From Octopus vulgaris (taxonomy: Eukaryota), in assembly GCA_951406725.2 (NCBI GenBank), contig OX597818.1:16306001-16370000 (forward strand): a DNA stretch of 64,000 nucleotides. Reading direction: 5' to 3'. Positions 40,340 to 54,529 of the stretch are shown here, one piece after another. The stretch's first letter is position 1, and every line of letters starts with the position of its first letter. A program made the translations under genes and the position numbers. The notes under the pieces are model-generated. The model made no database searches and was not told the DNA's origin. It saw only the letters and a list, made by a program, of their open reading frames with translations.

Positions 40340-40850
40340 TTACTCGTAAATAAACAGGGTAACGGTCATAGATGGGATGTTTTTTTATCATAGATCAACC
40401 CCTTCAAGACTGACTAGCTTATGAACAACAATACCAACGAAGACGTCTGCAACAACAACAACAACAACAAAAATGACAAGTAATAATAATCTTGTTACCT
40501 GTTCTGGGCGTGTTACCGTGAGATATATATGTATATTCGACAAATGTTGGTAAATAGATCTTGAATTAATTTCTTAGGAGCATCAATATTAATTCTCAGA
40601 AATCAGAACAAATTTTGTCTATGCTTTCCGAATTGAACTAAATCCATGCGAAAAGTGATTTGTAATATCTTGACAACTTTTTAGGTGGAGAGATTCATTG
40701 GCTATAAATGAAACGGCTGTACGTAAGTACACGATACATACATACATACACACACGTGCATACCTATGCACATAGATACATACGCACGTAGCCTAAATAC
40801 TTACAGTGCTATGTCATCTGTATGTTTGTATATCCATAAGCAGGTAACTA
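40340..40850 (-). promoter_or_regulatory. Conserved upstream block of paralogue B with putative non-coding exon donor
   Basis: Aligns to 15420-15880 (ttctgggcg..ttac, tgagatatatatg, catcaatattaattctc). Minus-strand AG|GTAAC at 40498-40494 lies at the homologous position. Confidence 0.55.
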
Positions 40851-40881
40851 CGACAACATAACGTTGCAGGTAGTTACGTTA

Positions 40882-40915
<34 letters not shown>

Positions 40916-41009
40916 TCATCATATCATATCTTATCATATACCCAGGCCTATTCCCCATTTTTGAGGTGGAGGTCGCCATAGCAAGACACAAACCAGGCAT
41001 ATATATATA

Positions 41010-42257
41010 TCTGTATATCTATAAAAGGCAGGAAGTGTGTGTGTGTACGTGAATGTAATTTATGCATATCCACAAATTAGCACGCATGTCGCTCCAATTT
41101 TTGGAGGTCATTCATCACGAACCTAGCTGGGTTTTGCCGACTTATTTTTCCCGAGGCACCCGCGGATAGCGGGAAAAATCTATTTTCAACTATAACTTTT
41201 ACCAATCCTTAAGTTTGCTAACATGAGTTAAGTCCCTTCTTGCCATAGCGAAGTGACTGTGTGAGTGTGTGTGTGTGTGTGTATCTGTGTGTGTGTGTGT
41301 CTGTGTGTGTGTGTGTGTGTGTGTATCTGTGTGTGTGTGTGTGTGTACACACAGGTGAATATAATTTATGCACGTCCACAAATTAGCACGCATGTTGTTC
41401 CAATTTTAGGACATTGGTCACGATCATGGCTGTGTTTTTGTCAACTTATTTTCCCCGAGGCACTCGGAGGTAGTGGTGAAAATCGATTTACAACCATAAC
41501 TTTTACCAATTTTCACGTCAGTGAAATCCGTAAGTTTGCTAATATAAGTTAAGACATCTGTCTAGCAATGATGAGGAAGGAAAACAAAGGGTTAACTTTT
41601 AGATTAACACCCACACGATTTTCACCAAGAAAAAAGAAAAAACTCGGATTTTTTGCGTTGAACTAGTACCCTTGACCTCTTAATATTCTGCAAATCCTTT
41701 ATTTTGGTTCGGTAAAAAGGGGGTAGGGTGAAGGAATCATTGGAATTTTTTTTCGTTGAATGAATTCTTGTGACCGTCTAATATGCTACAAGACCATTTC
41801 TGGGGTCCGAAAAACGAGGTGGGGAGAGGTTGAAGCCTCGGAAATTTCACCTACCCACCACCATTGATATTTTCACCCATCCGATTTTCACTAAGGAAAA
41901 AAAAAATAAAGCTCGGACTTTTTTCTATTTTGTGTGAAATCAAGTACCCTGACCTAATATGCTGCAAATCACGTATTTTCGTTCGGGAAAAAAAGGTGGG
42001 GCGAGGCCTCCCCCTCCCTCCCGGAATCATTGGAATTTTTTTTTTTCGTTGAATAAATTCCGGTGACCTCCTAATATGCTACAAAACCCTTTGGTGTGGT
42101 CCGAAAATGGGGCTGGGTGAGGTAGAAGCCTCGGACATTTTACCCACTTCCATCATTTTACAGAAATAAATTTTCCAGAGTGTGAATTACATGGTTCGTT
42201 ATTAAATATATATAGTAGAGAATGTTACATATTGTGCGTGTATATATACATATATAA

Positions 42258-42311
<54 letters not shown>

Positions 42312-43090
42312 ACATGCACACCTTCGATGCAACCTTCTCCAATGTACATCTTCGATGAAGATCTCCGAGGCAACCTTCTCCAATGCATATCTTTGATGAA
42401 GCCTTGACCGATAGTACCCCTAGGAATGGTTCGGTCAAGATCGGGATTAGTCGCTTCCTTTCACAGGTGTTCTATTTTCCTTGCTGGAAGGGCTCCCAAC
42501 CCATGGGCCAAGAGGGTTAGATAATGGGGGTGGTTGTTTCGAAATGGCTAGCATGTGCAACATGGTCACCTCTGCCGGTCAAACTCCCAGTCCATGCATT
42601 CCTGTCGCGGCACTGATTCTGCAGAACTGGGTTGGTTGTGAAAACCAACATTAAAGTATAAATATAGATTTTTGAATCAGCTATGTTGTGTTCGGTTAAG
42701 TCCTATTTCGAGCGAAATAACAATAAACCGATTCCTTATAGGATTTCTCACTAAAATTGGCTACACTCCATTTTCAATCATAACTTTTACCAATTTCGAT
42801 GTATTTTGTTCCAACTTTATGCCGGCGTTACTTAGGACTCAAGGGATCTTTGGATGTTTTAAGTTCTCAAAAAAAAAAAACAATCGATGAGTGGAAAATT
42901 CGACAAACAAATTCCTTATGGGATTTCCAAATCAAATTGTCTGCTACCCATTTTCAGCCAAACGTTTACCAATTTCAATGGATTTCGCTCAAATTTTACA
43001 TCGGTATTACTAAGTTTGGTTTGAAACACAGCGCTTTATTAGCTCAATAATCCCAACTTAATCCCGGTCAACGCCGGATTATACTGCTAG
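41010..43090 (+). mobile_element. Non-autonomous Helitron with internal tandem duplications
   Basis: Begins TC(tgtatatctataaaagg) after TA repeats and ends CCGG-tcaacg-CCGG ... tgCTAG|T at 43087-43090. Internal repeats ~41030-41240/41330-41550 and ~41600-41870/41870-42155. Confidence 0.72.
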
Positions 43091-43251
43091 TATGTATATA
43101 TATATATATATATACTAATAAGTCAGGACAAAAGAAAAAATTACTAATGCCAAAATATGCCGAAAATAGACACAAAGTTAATAACCATGTAATTTATCAC
43201 TACAAGCACGCGTTTCGAAAAAAGCCGTTAGAAATTTCTAAAAAATCCTGT

Positions 43252-43254
<3 letters not shown>

Positions 43255-43298
<44 letters not shown>

Positions 43299-46200
43299 GG
43301 CAGTTTGTCTGTGCGTGCTTCTGTGTGTCTGTTTTCTCGTACCCTCACCCTGACCACGGCTTTCAACCGATTCTGATGAAACTTGACACACACATAGCCC
43401 AATGTCATAATTCAAAACTAACGCAGCGAAAATTTTGAAAAGTTCCTCCAGTTCTGAAAAAATTGATAAATTCGACATGGGGTCGAGAATCATAAACATG
43501 AACCACAGACTGTCTAGGGGACGCAACTCGAGAATCTAAGCTTTTTTTATGCAACGCATTATCTATGGTAGTTTTCACGACTTGCAATCGATTTTCACCA
43601 AACTCATGGTGAAGCTTAATGTTACCCTAAGAAACTCAATTCTGACTTTAGTTTTCCATGCAATACCTTACCATCAGAAACAATCGATAAAATCATGCCA
43701 TTTTGGGAAATCGCGTTCAAATTCAAGATGACATATTTTCGACAATATCTTTCACAAATTGGCAGGAATCTTTTTTTTTTCACAACGAGCATCATGTCTG
43801 CTCCAAGGAGCTATATAGCCCTTTTTATTCCAATAGGATACATTATTGGAAAAAATCGGTTAATTTAATCATATGTGGCACACATAGCAAACAAATTTGT
43901 GTATTAAACACAAACCAGACTGTCTAGGGGACGCAACTTGACCTTTTTAGCTATCGATAATTCGATCCAACCAATTCCTACCAGGAAGAAATTACATTCG
44001 AGACTTTACCCCCAACACCGCCACTTCTGCTAATAGCTGCTGCAGCCGCAAGTTATTCGAATACTTTTTTTGTTTAAACTTTCTTTATAACTACCACCCC
44101 AAACGTTTTACCTTCAATTTTTGACGTACCCTAACGGTCCTCGGACGCTACTTGCAAACTCTTGGTTTATTATAAACCACTTTTGTCGTGTGCATCAAAA
44201 AACTTTTCCTTTCGTTTGTTCAGTTTGATCACTTTTGACTTTTTCGTTGTTGTCACTCACATTGCTGCCAGCTTTTTGGCCGTTTTTGTACATTTTTATA
44301 CATTTTCGGATACTTACCCCACGAGCTCCTTTTTATTACACCTTTACCAAACACATTGCTATCCACCAAAATACTTACCCCACGTGTTCCTTTTTATTAC
44401 ACCTTTGCCAAACACATTGCTATCCACCAAAATGCCACCCAAGAAGAGAAGGACCCTCCTCAGCCCTCGGACGGCCAAGGCATCGGCTGCTAGGGCTAGA
44501 AGGGCACGCGAGACCCACGAGGAAACCGCCTTGCGCCTCTCGCAAACAGCTTCCCGTTATGCCGCTGCTCAGGCATCTGAAACTACTAGCGACCGTTCTA
44601 CCCGACTTGCAAGGGTCGCAGCGTACAGATCTTCCCTCCGCTCGAGGTTGACGAAAGAGCAACAGTCCAGCCAAAACATGCGGGCTTCTTACTGTGCTTC
44701 CATCCGCAGAGCTCGCGAGAACCCCGAACAAAGGGCCATTCGGAATGCGGCTAACGCCACTAGCACCGCCAGGACACGATCTGTCGAAACCTCACAGCAG
44801 AGGAGAACTCGCCAATGTGCTGACGCCGCAAACAAAGCCATGGCCAAAGCTGCCAAAACACCTCAACAGAGGAGAGCTCGCCAAGCTGCTAACGCCGCAA
44901 ACAGCCAGGGCTCGATCTGCCGAAACTCCACACCAACGGACTATTCGGACATCCAGACATGCCATTAGCACTGCTTCTGCTAGGGCTTCAGAGGGTGCTG
45001 AGGCGAGAGCTGAAAGGCTTTCAAGGGATGCCACTGCTACCGCTGTCGCACGTGCATCTGAATCTGCTGAGGCACGGTGCACTCGACTTGAGAGTATCAA
45101 CAAACGTCGGGATATCATTCGTGGTGTACGTACCCCTGCCCCCGCTTTCTGGTTGTCACTAGCATTCAACTACGACGCCACAATTAACTTCTCCTTGCGT
45201 GACGACATCAAGATAGGGTCAATGACAATTGTATGCCAGTTTTGCAAAGCCAAGAAATGGCCCGGAGAGCCACCTGGTTTGTGCTGCTCTGGTGGCAAAG
45301 TGGACCTGCCACCCCTACGGGAACCACCTCAACCACTGAAGGATCTCGCGGCGGGTTTAACCCCCGATTCGTCACAATTCCTTGAAATAATTCGAAAGTA
45401 CAACTGCTCATTCCAAATGACCTCTTTCGGGGCCAAAATTCCTCCCAGAGAAGGCTGGATGCCTACTTTCAAAGTGCAGGGACAGGTCTACCATCTTATT
45501 GGGTCACTTCTGCCAGACGAGATTCAGCAGTCTTCTTTCCTCCAAATATACTTCATTGCCGACTACAACCACCAGGTTGATGCACGCCTTGGAATAATAC
45601 CGGGTACAAGCTATGTTCCCCGCAAAGACATTCTTCTCCGTCTCCAAACCATGCTTCATGATATCAACAGCTACGTCTGCAGCTTCAGATATGCCTTGGA
45701 CAGTGCTCCATCTCCAAACTTCACCGTTGTCATTGATGCTGATAAACGACCCCACGGGGAGCACGAACGCCGTTTCAACGCACCTGCGTGCAACGAAATT
45801 GCCGCAGTCATACACGGAGAGCAACACAACAGCCGTGACATAATCATCTCCTCCCGTGGTAACAACCTACACAGGATCAGCGAGACTCACAGATCTTATG
45901 ACGCGCTTCAGTATCCATTGCTTTTCCCTTATGGGGAAGACGGCTACCACTTCGGAATTCCTTTACGGCAGCCCTTCAATCAAACTACTGCGGCATCAAA
46001 GACGGTTTCCTACAGGGCGTTCTACTCATACCGGTTCATGGTCAGGGAGGGTGAGTTCAACTTATTGCCCCGTTGTCGTCAGCTATTCAACCAGTTCGCC
46101 GTCGACATGGTCGCAAAAATGGAATCGGAAAGGCTGCTATACATTAAACTTAATCAGACCAAACTTCGCTCCGACTCCTACATTCATCTCCGTGACGGTT

Positions 46201-49200
46201 TGCAACAAGAAAATGACCCTCGCAACATCGGCAAGCCATGCATTCTACCCTCCACCTTCACGGGAGGACCGCGATATATGCGTGAAAGGACCCAAGACGC
46301 CTTGACCTACGTGCACATTTACGGCCGGCCGGACCTCTTTATCACCTACACGTGCAATCCCAGCTGCGACGAAATCACTCGCGAACGCCTCCCGGGTCAA
46401 TCTCACACCCATCGACACGACATCGTTGCTTGGGTTTTCCGTCTGAATTTGGGCAAAATGAAGGATTTGATAGTTAAGGGTCAGATTTTCGGGCATGTCA
46501 GGTGCCACATGTTTTCGGTCGAGTGGCAAAAGAGGGGCTTGCCACATGCTCACATCTTAATTTGGCTCACTCATAAAATCGAGACTAATGACATTGACAA
46601 ATTCATTTCCGCCGAGATTCCTGACCCCGATGAGGACCCCGGACTCTACGAAATTGTCCGCACTACCATGGTACACGGGCCCTGTGGACCAAATTACGCC
46701 AACACACCATGCTACAAAAACGGATTAGCCTGCTCAAAGGGATTCCCTAAACGGTTCACTTTGGAGACTCAAACAGGCGGCGATGGGTATCCGCTGTACA
46801 AACGAAGGAGTCCAGCCAATGGAGGCCGCACGATTACGGTTGGGCGACATCAAGTGGACAACAGCTACATTGTCCCCTACTGTCCTCTCCTGTCGAAGAT
46901 ATTCAAAGCCCACGTCAACGTTGAGTTCTGCAGTTCCATCAGGTCAATACAATATGTCTGCAAATATATCAACAAAGGCAGCGATGCTGCCATGTTCAGC
47001 ATCCAGAGGACCACCAGTCGCGACGAAGTGTCCAACTACTTGGCTGGCCGGTACCTCAGCAGCAACGAAGCGTTTTGGCGCATTTACGGCTTCCCGCTCC
47101 ATCAGAGACACCCGGCTGTGGTGCAGCTTGCTGTACACTTGGAAAATGGACAGCGGATTTACTTCACAGAGCAAAGTGCTGTGCAGATAGCCACCAGCCC
47201 TAAAGACACAACGTTGACTGGTTTCTTCAAATTATGCCAACGTGATGACTTCGCTCGAACGCTTTTGTACCCACAGGTCCCATCGTACTTCGTGTGGTCT
47301 AAAAACACCTGGGTTCGACGGAAATCCGGCAAAAACGTCGAAAGCTTCCCAGGCGTCAAGTTTGACTCCTGCCTGGGTCGAGTTTACAACATCCCGCCAA
47401 ACCAACAAGAATGCTTCTACCTCCGTCTCCTTCTACATGAGGTCACTGGTCCAACAGGTTTCGCCAATATACGTACCGTCAATGGGGTTCTGTGCGACAC
47501 CTTCAGGGAAGCATGTATGAGACTTGGCCTTCTAGAGGATGACTCCCAGTGGGACGCCACGATGGCAGAGGGTGCTTTACTGCAAACGCATTCGGCCCTA
47601 CGACATCTTTTCGCAATCCTTCTTCAAAAATGTCAGCTTAGTGATCCACTAAGTCTCTGGATGAAATACAGGGATGACATGTCGCACGACTTCTTACGTA
47701 CGGCTCAGCAACACTGCCCTTCCGCCGAGATCACGTTACCAACTTCATTTACAATTTTGCGCTCATTCAACTCGAAGACGCTGTCATCGATATGGGTGGG
47801 TCTGCTTTAACAGAGTACGGCCTTCCACCACCCACACGTGAACACGCCAATGTTATGCCTGTTGAATTGTTACGCGAAACTTCCTACTGCATTGAGGAAC
47901 TGCACCATTACGTCCAAGATAATGAACCACGGCTGCTTCCAGACCAGCGCATAGCCTACAACACCATCGTAGACTCTGTCAGACAGCAACGTGGGGGGAT
48001 TTTCTTCCTTGATGCACCCGGCGGCACTGGCAAAACCTTCGTCACTAAACTAATTCTGGCAGAGGTCAGACACAACACGGACATTGCCCTGGCTGTAGCT
48101 TCCTCTGGTATCGCGGCCACGTTGCTTCCGGGTGGCAGAACCGCCCACTCTGCCTTCAGACTCCCGCTCGATCTGGCAAAGTCCGAGTCACCTATCTGCA
48201 ACATCGCCAAGAACTCAGAACAGGCCGACATTCTGCGCAGATGCAAACTCATCGTATGGGACGAGTGCACTATGGCACACAAAGGCGCCCTTGAGGCACT
48301 GGACAGGTCCCTGCAAGACATCAGAGACTCTACGGCCCCCATGGGAGGATTAACTTTACTTCTTTCAGGAGACTTCAGGCAGACTCTACCTGTTATTCCA
48401 AAAGGAACCCGTGCCGATGCCGTGCGCGCGTGCCTTAAGTCGTCAGCTCTTTGGGCACATGTGCGGCCCTTGCACCTCCAAGCTAACATGTGCGCGCAGT
48501 TAATTGGTGACAGCGGATCCGCTGCATTCTCCAGGGACCTCTTATCGCTCGGTGAAAATAGGATGCTGTCTGATGCGGATGGCTACGTTCAATTGGACTC
48601 ACTTTGCACCATTGTCGACACCCCTGCTATCCTCCGGGACGCTGTCTTCCACGACCTACAAAACAATTTACGCGACCTAAAATGGCTGGCAGGCAGAGCT
48701 ATTCTCGCACCCAAAAATACAACCGTCAACTCCATCAATATCCAGCTACTTGAAGCTATTCCTGGTGATGTCCACGTCTACAAATCTATAGATAGGACAG
48801 CAGACCCCGCCCAGCTTGCCGATTATCCTGTTGAATTCCTGAATTCACTTGAACCGCCAGGCCTGCCACCACACATCCTGAAGTTAAAAGTCGGTGCGCC
48901 CATTATGCTCATCAGGAATTTGGTTCCACCTAAACAGTGCAACGGCACACGTTTGGTTGTGAAACATTTGGCACCACATTTAATAACGGCCACAATACTT
49001 ACCGGTTGTGGGAAGGGAGAGGACGTCTTCATTCCACGGATGCACCTTCAACCGTCGGGCGCTGACCTACCAATCCACTTCAGGCGTTCTCAGTTTCCTG
49101 TTAAACTCTGCTTCGCAATGTCCATCAATAAATCCCAAGGCCAAACGTTACAAGTCGCTGGGTTACATTTGGGCGAACAGTGCTTCGCCCACGGTCAACT

Positions 49201-49422
49201 CTACGTGGGCTGTTCACGCGTTGGGAGGCGCAATGATGTTTTCATGTTTTCGCCCAAACGGACAGCTAGGAACATCGTATATACAGAAGTATTCCAGTGA
49301 AGACAAGACATTGCAACGTCCACATGCACCTTCGTTCCCTGGAGGGAAAGGACTACATTGGGATTAGTCGTTGCCTACTAGGGGCTCTTACAGACCCGGG
49401 CAACGCCGGGCTATGCTGCTAG
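43255..49422 (+). mobile_element. Helitron rolling-circle transposon, near full length (~6.2 kb)
   Basis: Rep-helicase coding region. 3' hairpin CCCGG-gcaacg-CCGGG (49395-49410) followed by terminal CTAG (49419-49422) and a host T. The 5' end is buried in (TA)n at ~43255-43295, so that boundary is approximate. Confidence 0.92.
44432..49300 (+). pseudogene. Helitron RepHel transposase (STPR-like repeats, HUH/Y2 Rep, Pif1 SF1B helicase) with two frameshifts
   Basis: Starts MPPKKRR at 44432. Rep motifs FITYTCN, EWQKRGLPHAHILIW (HUH) and YVCKYINKG (Y2). Pif1 motifs DAPGGTGKT, IVWDEC, GDFRQTLPV, MSINKSQGQTL and HGQLYVGCSRV. Frame changes near 44900 and ~47735. Confidence 0.93.
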
Positions 49423-49842
49423 TTATTATTAAAACTTATATTAGAATCACAACCATCACTACTACTCTGGCTATTAGCATCCATGGAATTGATCTCGCTA
49501 ACATTAACTGAGCTATCACGAAGATAAAACCAGATAATTTCTTTTCATTAATAGAAGTAATCTGAGATTAATTCCGAGAAACCGAAAAAGCAACCTTAAT
49601 GGACTTCGGATTCAAAATCTCATAGTACCTACTTTTTTATTGAAATGTTTCAACAGCAATTTATAAACAGCCCCAACTATGTTACTTGTTAATTGACGGG
49701 CATAAATTTTTTTCCTTTCCTTATACTTAATTTATTCATTAAACCAATACTGAATATATAGTATTTTATATATTCTTTGCTTAGACTGAACCGTCGGACT
49801 TGGATGTTTAATACAGCTTTGAAGGATTTTGTTCCTTACTTC

Positions 49843-49887
<45 letters not shown>

Positions 49888-50228
49888 TAATCCAAACAAG
49901 AAAGCACAAAAAAAACACAACAACGCGAGGACGTGGAACAAATATAGTATTACTGGACGCTCAGGAAAGAAGGAGGGTTTAACGTTTCGAGCGGAGCTCA
50001 TCGTCGGAAACATAGGAGAAGGAAAGATCCAGAGAAGGGAAGACAGAGGAAAAAAAATCGCCAACGGTACACACGAGGTCACATTAAATATATATACCGT
50101 AAATCCTCGAGTATAGTCCGCCGTTGAGTATAATACGCAGGGGATTTTTCGGGGGCTGTACCTCTGAAAAACCTTAACCTTGTCAAGCCGTGGTGGGGAG
50201 ACACAAAAACACATACATATATATTTGG

Positions 50229-50508
50229 ATACATACATACATACATACATACATACATACATACATACGTACATACGTACATACATACATACATACATAC
50301 ATACATACATACATACATACATACATACATACATACGTACATACGTACATGCATACATGCATACATACATACATACATACATACATACATACATACATAC
50401 ATACATACATACATACGTACATGCATACATGCATACATACATACATACATACATACATACATACATACATACATACATACATACATACATACGTACGTAC
50501 GTACATAC
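50229..50508. repeat. (TACA)n tetranucleotide microsatellite
   Basis: Directly visible. Confidence 0.95.
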
Positions 50509-50633
50509 TTGTGTTGGCTAAAGTAGAAGTGACTGGAACTGAACACAGAAACATTTAGATGAGAAGCAAGCTTCTTGCTACAAAGGCACGCCTACGATTC
50601 CATGTATTTTCATGTATTTTATATATAATGTGT

Positions 50634-51842
50634 TCGCGCGTGCACATTGTTTGTTTTTAATTTTGTCAACTACAATGAACATAATGGTCAGGTGTCACCC
50701 TCTGTGAGAAAAACAGCATCATGACGCAATCCCTCTGCCCAAAATTTGGGAACGACATGCTGTACTGCTAGGTATTCGCACCGGAAGCTCCAATACGGAC
50801 ATATCAGAGTGTTTGGGTGTTAATCTGAGGACAGTACAGTGGATTCGAAAAGAGTTGAATGAATCTAATGGGGATTTCGAAGGTATGGCAGCTCGGAAAA
50901 CTCACTCTAATGCTTCTGGTAAGAGAATAACTCCTGAATTTGCTGGTGAGTTCCAGGCCATGATTCACAGCGATCTCTGCAAGTCAATCAGGTCCATTGC
51001 CAGGGACATAGGAATTCTTGAGTTTCTTATCAGGCAGGTATTGCATGAAGACATTCGGTATTCCTCATACAAGATGAAAATGGGCCAATTTTTATCCCAA
51101 GCCATCAAGGACAATAGGAAAAATTGCGTTACGAAGCCTTTGAACAAACTGAAGTATCCCCTCCGACCGAACATGCATTGGTTTTCCGCAGAGGAGAAAA
51201 ATTTGTCAGGATCAGATTATGAAGACACAGAACAACTGTTTACTTGCCGTCTCTCCAAAGCATGTACCGAGAGTGGTAAAAATTAAACATCCAGTCAACA
51301 TCATGGTGTTTGGAGTGATCACTAGTGATGGTGACGTTATGCCTCCATTCATCTTCCCACACAGCCTGAGACTCAACACGGAGGCCTACATCAAATGTCC
51401 GGAGACGGTAGGGCTGCTCTGGATGAAAAGGGTGACTGGTGGAAGACCTTATGTCTGGCAACAAGACTCTGCACTATGCCACACAAGCAGGATAGACTAT
51501 GCATGGCTGTCAGTCAATTTCTGCGACCATATCACCCTTAACATCTGGCCAAATAACTCCCCAGACTGCAACCCCTTTGAGTATTATGTGTGGGGTGCAG
51601 TTGAGCGAGTGACCAACAAAACTCCTTGTAACGCCAAAGATGAACTGAAGGCAAGGACTTTGGCAGATTTCACCAAATTAAACAGGAAGACCGCCCAGAA
51701 GAGTCGCATGAGATTCCGAAGTCGTCTGGAGGCTGTGGTTACAGCCAATGGCGATTTTATTAAAATGATTTTATTAAAATAAGGTGTCAGCGCTATTTTC
51801 ATTCTTGTGTAATTTAGACGACAGTTTATTTACCGCACCCTG
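50634..51842 (+). mobile_element. Tc1/mariner-superfamily DNA transposon (maT/DD37D-like), frameshifted
   Basis: ORFs 50813-51286 and 51219-51782 contain an HTH-like region, IMVFGVITSDG, WQQDSALCH and WPNNSPDCNPFEYYVWG with a 37-residue catalytic spacer. Ends ...caccctg|TA. Confidence 0.88.
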
Positions 51843-51867
51843 TATATGTATATATATATATATATAT

Positions 51868-51942
<75 letters not shown>

Positions 51943-52060
51943 TATATATATATATATATACAGTTTTCACGAGCAAAGTGTTCCGTTGATAGTATCAGCT
52001 GTGACCCTTGTCGTCGTAACCGATGATGTGTTCCTATATATATATATATATATATATATA

Positions 52061-52336
52061 TGGAGCAGTTTGCTCGTGAAATTAACGTGCAAGTGACTGA
52101 GCAATCCACAGAGACGTGTACCCCTAACGTAGTTCTCAGGGAGATTCAGCGTGACAAAGAGTGTGACAAGGCCAGCCCTTTGAAATACAGGTGCAACTCA
52201 TTTTTGCCAGCTGAATGGACTGGAGCAACGTGAAATAAAGTGTCTTGCTCAAGGACACAATGCGTCGCCAGGAATTGAACTCACGACCTTACAATCGTGA
52301 ACCGAATGCTTTAACCACTAAGTCACGCACCTTCAC

Positions 52337-52337
<1 letters not shown>
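52061..52337 (-). mobile_element. tRNA-derived SINE
   Basis: Minus strand has TGACTTAGTGG (A box), GAGTTCAATTCC (B box) and a tgtgtccttgagcaagacac central domain. Bounded by (TA)n. Confidence 0.78.
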
Positions 52338-52377
<40 letters not shown>

Positions 52378-52505
52378 AATATAAGAGAGTGGTCACTATA
52401 TGGCTCACTCTAGCACCAGTTAATCCAAAAGGTTTCACCACTAGGCCACTTGGTGTAGAATAGATATACTATTAAATTAGTATCTAATTCTCTCACCCTT
52501 ATTAA

Positions 52506-52573
<68 letters not shown>

Positions 52574-52931
52574 CACCGTTTCTCGTACTGTTAGCGTTCC
52601 GTATTTCAGTCAAGTGTGTTAGTATTTATGTGGTAACATCGTAGTTTCGTCTTGGTATATGTTTGGCTGAAGAAGGTAAAGCAAATATGGGTGAGAGACA
52701 TATCTTGCAAAACCTGAAACCTGCAGGTACCACATAATCCATTTTCCGGGTGTTTCATCTTTCAGATGTTCTCCCTGGAGGTAAGACGGTTTTTTTTCTC
52801 TATTTTGTTGCACACACGCATTTTTACTAATACATACGCGGTGAAGCTACACATTAGCGTCGTAATTTTACGTTCGCTATTTCCAGTAAATATCGGTACT
52901 TAGTTGTGCCATTTATTTACTAATTTGTATA

Positions 52932-53006
<75 letters not shown>

Positions 53007-53738
53007 AGAGTAGATCGTATACGAGTGGGTATATATTTCTAAAAATGAAGTTTGAAAACACCACTATATTAGATAAATTTTAATTTTCTTATGAATTTTA
53101 CATGTTTCGGTTCTTGAAAAAACGAACCTTATCAAAAATATTATAAAAAGTGTAATGGAGAAGAAAAGTGTAGTGGAGAAGTTCATAATCGTTTCTTACT
53201 GGTCTCAATAGAATCCATGTTCTTGAAAAAACGAACCTTATCAAAAATATTATAAAAAGTGAAAATTGAAAAGTTCATAATCGTTTCTTACTGTTCTCAA
53301 TAGAATCCATGTGGTGGTGTTTTGTCGGTAGTTGGTATAATCGCTATATTACTGTTGAGTGTAGTGAAGAAGTCCATTATTGTTTCTTGCTGGTATCAAA
53401 AGGAACCTCTTTTTTTTACCTTGTGTTCCAATGGTAGCAACAGTAGTGATTGTTGGTCGTAGTAGTTGGTCGTAATTTTGGCTTCCTTGGTGATGGTTGG
53501 GGTTAGTAGTAGAGGACTGTTGATCGTAGCAGCAATAGTGGTGGGTTCACTGGCACTGTTCACTGACGTCACATAATTCCAAACCAATCAAAACCAAACT
53601 TCAACGAATACAAGGAAAAGACCCTTAACTGTATCCTGTAAGGAAACCAACCAAGCAGAACGACAAGCTTGACCACGGAAGAAAAACGTCATCAATTTTT
53701 TAACGAATCAAAATCAGATCTGCTCGCAGAAAAAAATT

Positions 53739-53778
<40 letters not shown>

Positions 53779-54529
53779 GAAAGAAGGTTTGAAAATGCAA
53801 TTTAAAAGATGTTTATTTACTTAACCGGTTTCACTCTTTGGAAAAAGATTGTCAAAAGTAACATATGGAAGTTTGGTTGCGTTAATTATTGGTTGTTGCA
53901 AATTGCTACATTACATGTATATATACAGTCTTTGGTAACAGGGACATGTTAAGGACGTAAAAAAGTACAACAGTATGATGAGAATATAAAGAGGTTTAAC
54001 AAGCTCATTGAAAAAATGGGCAGAAAAGATAAAAACAAATATATTATACATCTCAGGGTAATTTCCAGGAGGAATTATCAAAAAAAGTTCAGTACAGAAT
54101 ATTATGAATTCAAAAAAATTTACATTAAGATTTACATTAATGAAGTGGCGAGGTTGTTTACTGACCTGTCCGTTTTAGCAGAAATGTGGAATTGAAAAAG
54201 ATGTACCCGTTTCTTTCTTTTTTTGGCTCTCCTTCAAGCATCAATGATTTTGGGGTTAGGATGAGGTGAATATGTGTGTCTCTGCGTGTATGTGTGCGTG
54301 CATACATATACATGTGGTGTGAATAGATGTGTCTGTGTGTCTGTAGTATTTGGTCAGATGGTGTCTGTTTGTCAAGTGTGTGTGGTTGTCATGGTGTTGT
54401 GTGTGCGTGTGTGTGCGCATGTGTGTGTTTGTGTGTGCGTGCGTGCGTGCGTGTGTACGCATGTATGAGTGTGGATGGCATTTGACATGGTGCTGCGTGT
54501 GTATATATGTGCATACAACTATTCTGGAC

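Noticed and set aside
47956-48489. Antisense ORFs over the Helitron and retrotransposons (also 25479-26210 and 20374-20961)
   Set aside because: Shadow frames of the coding strand with no independent motifs.
47792-49300. Host PIF1 helicase gene
   Set aside because: Intronless, continuous with a HUH Rep domain and bounded by Helitron termini.
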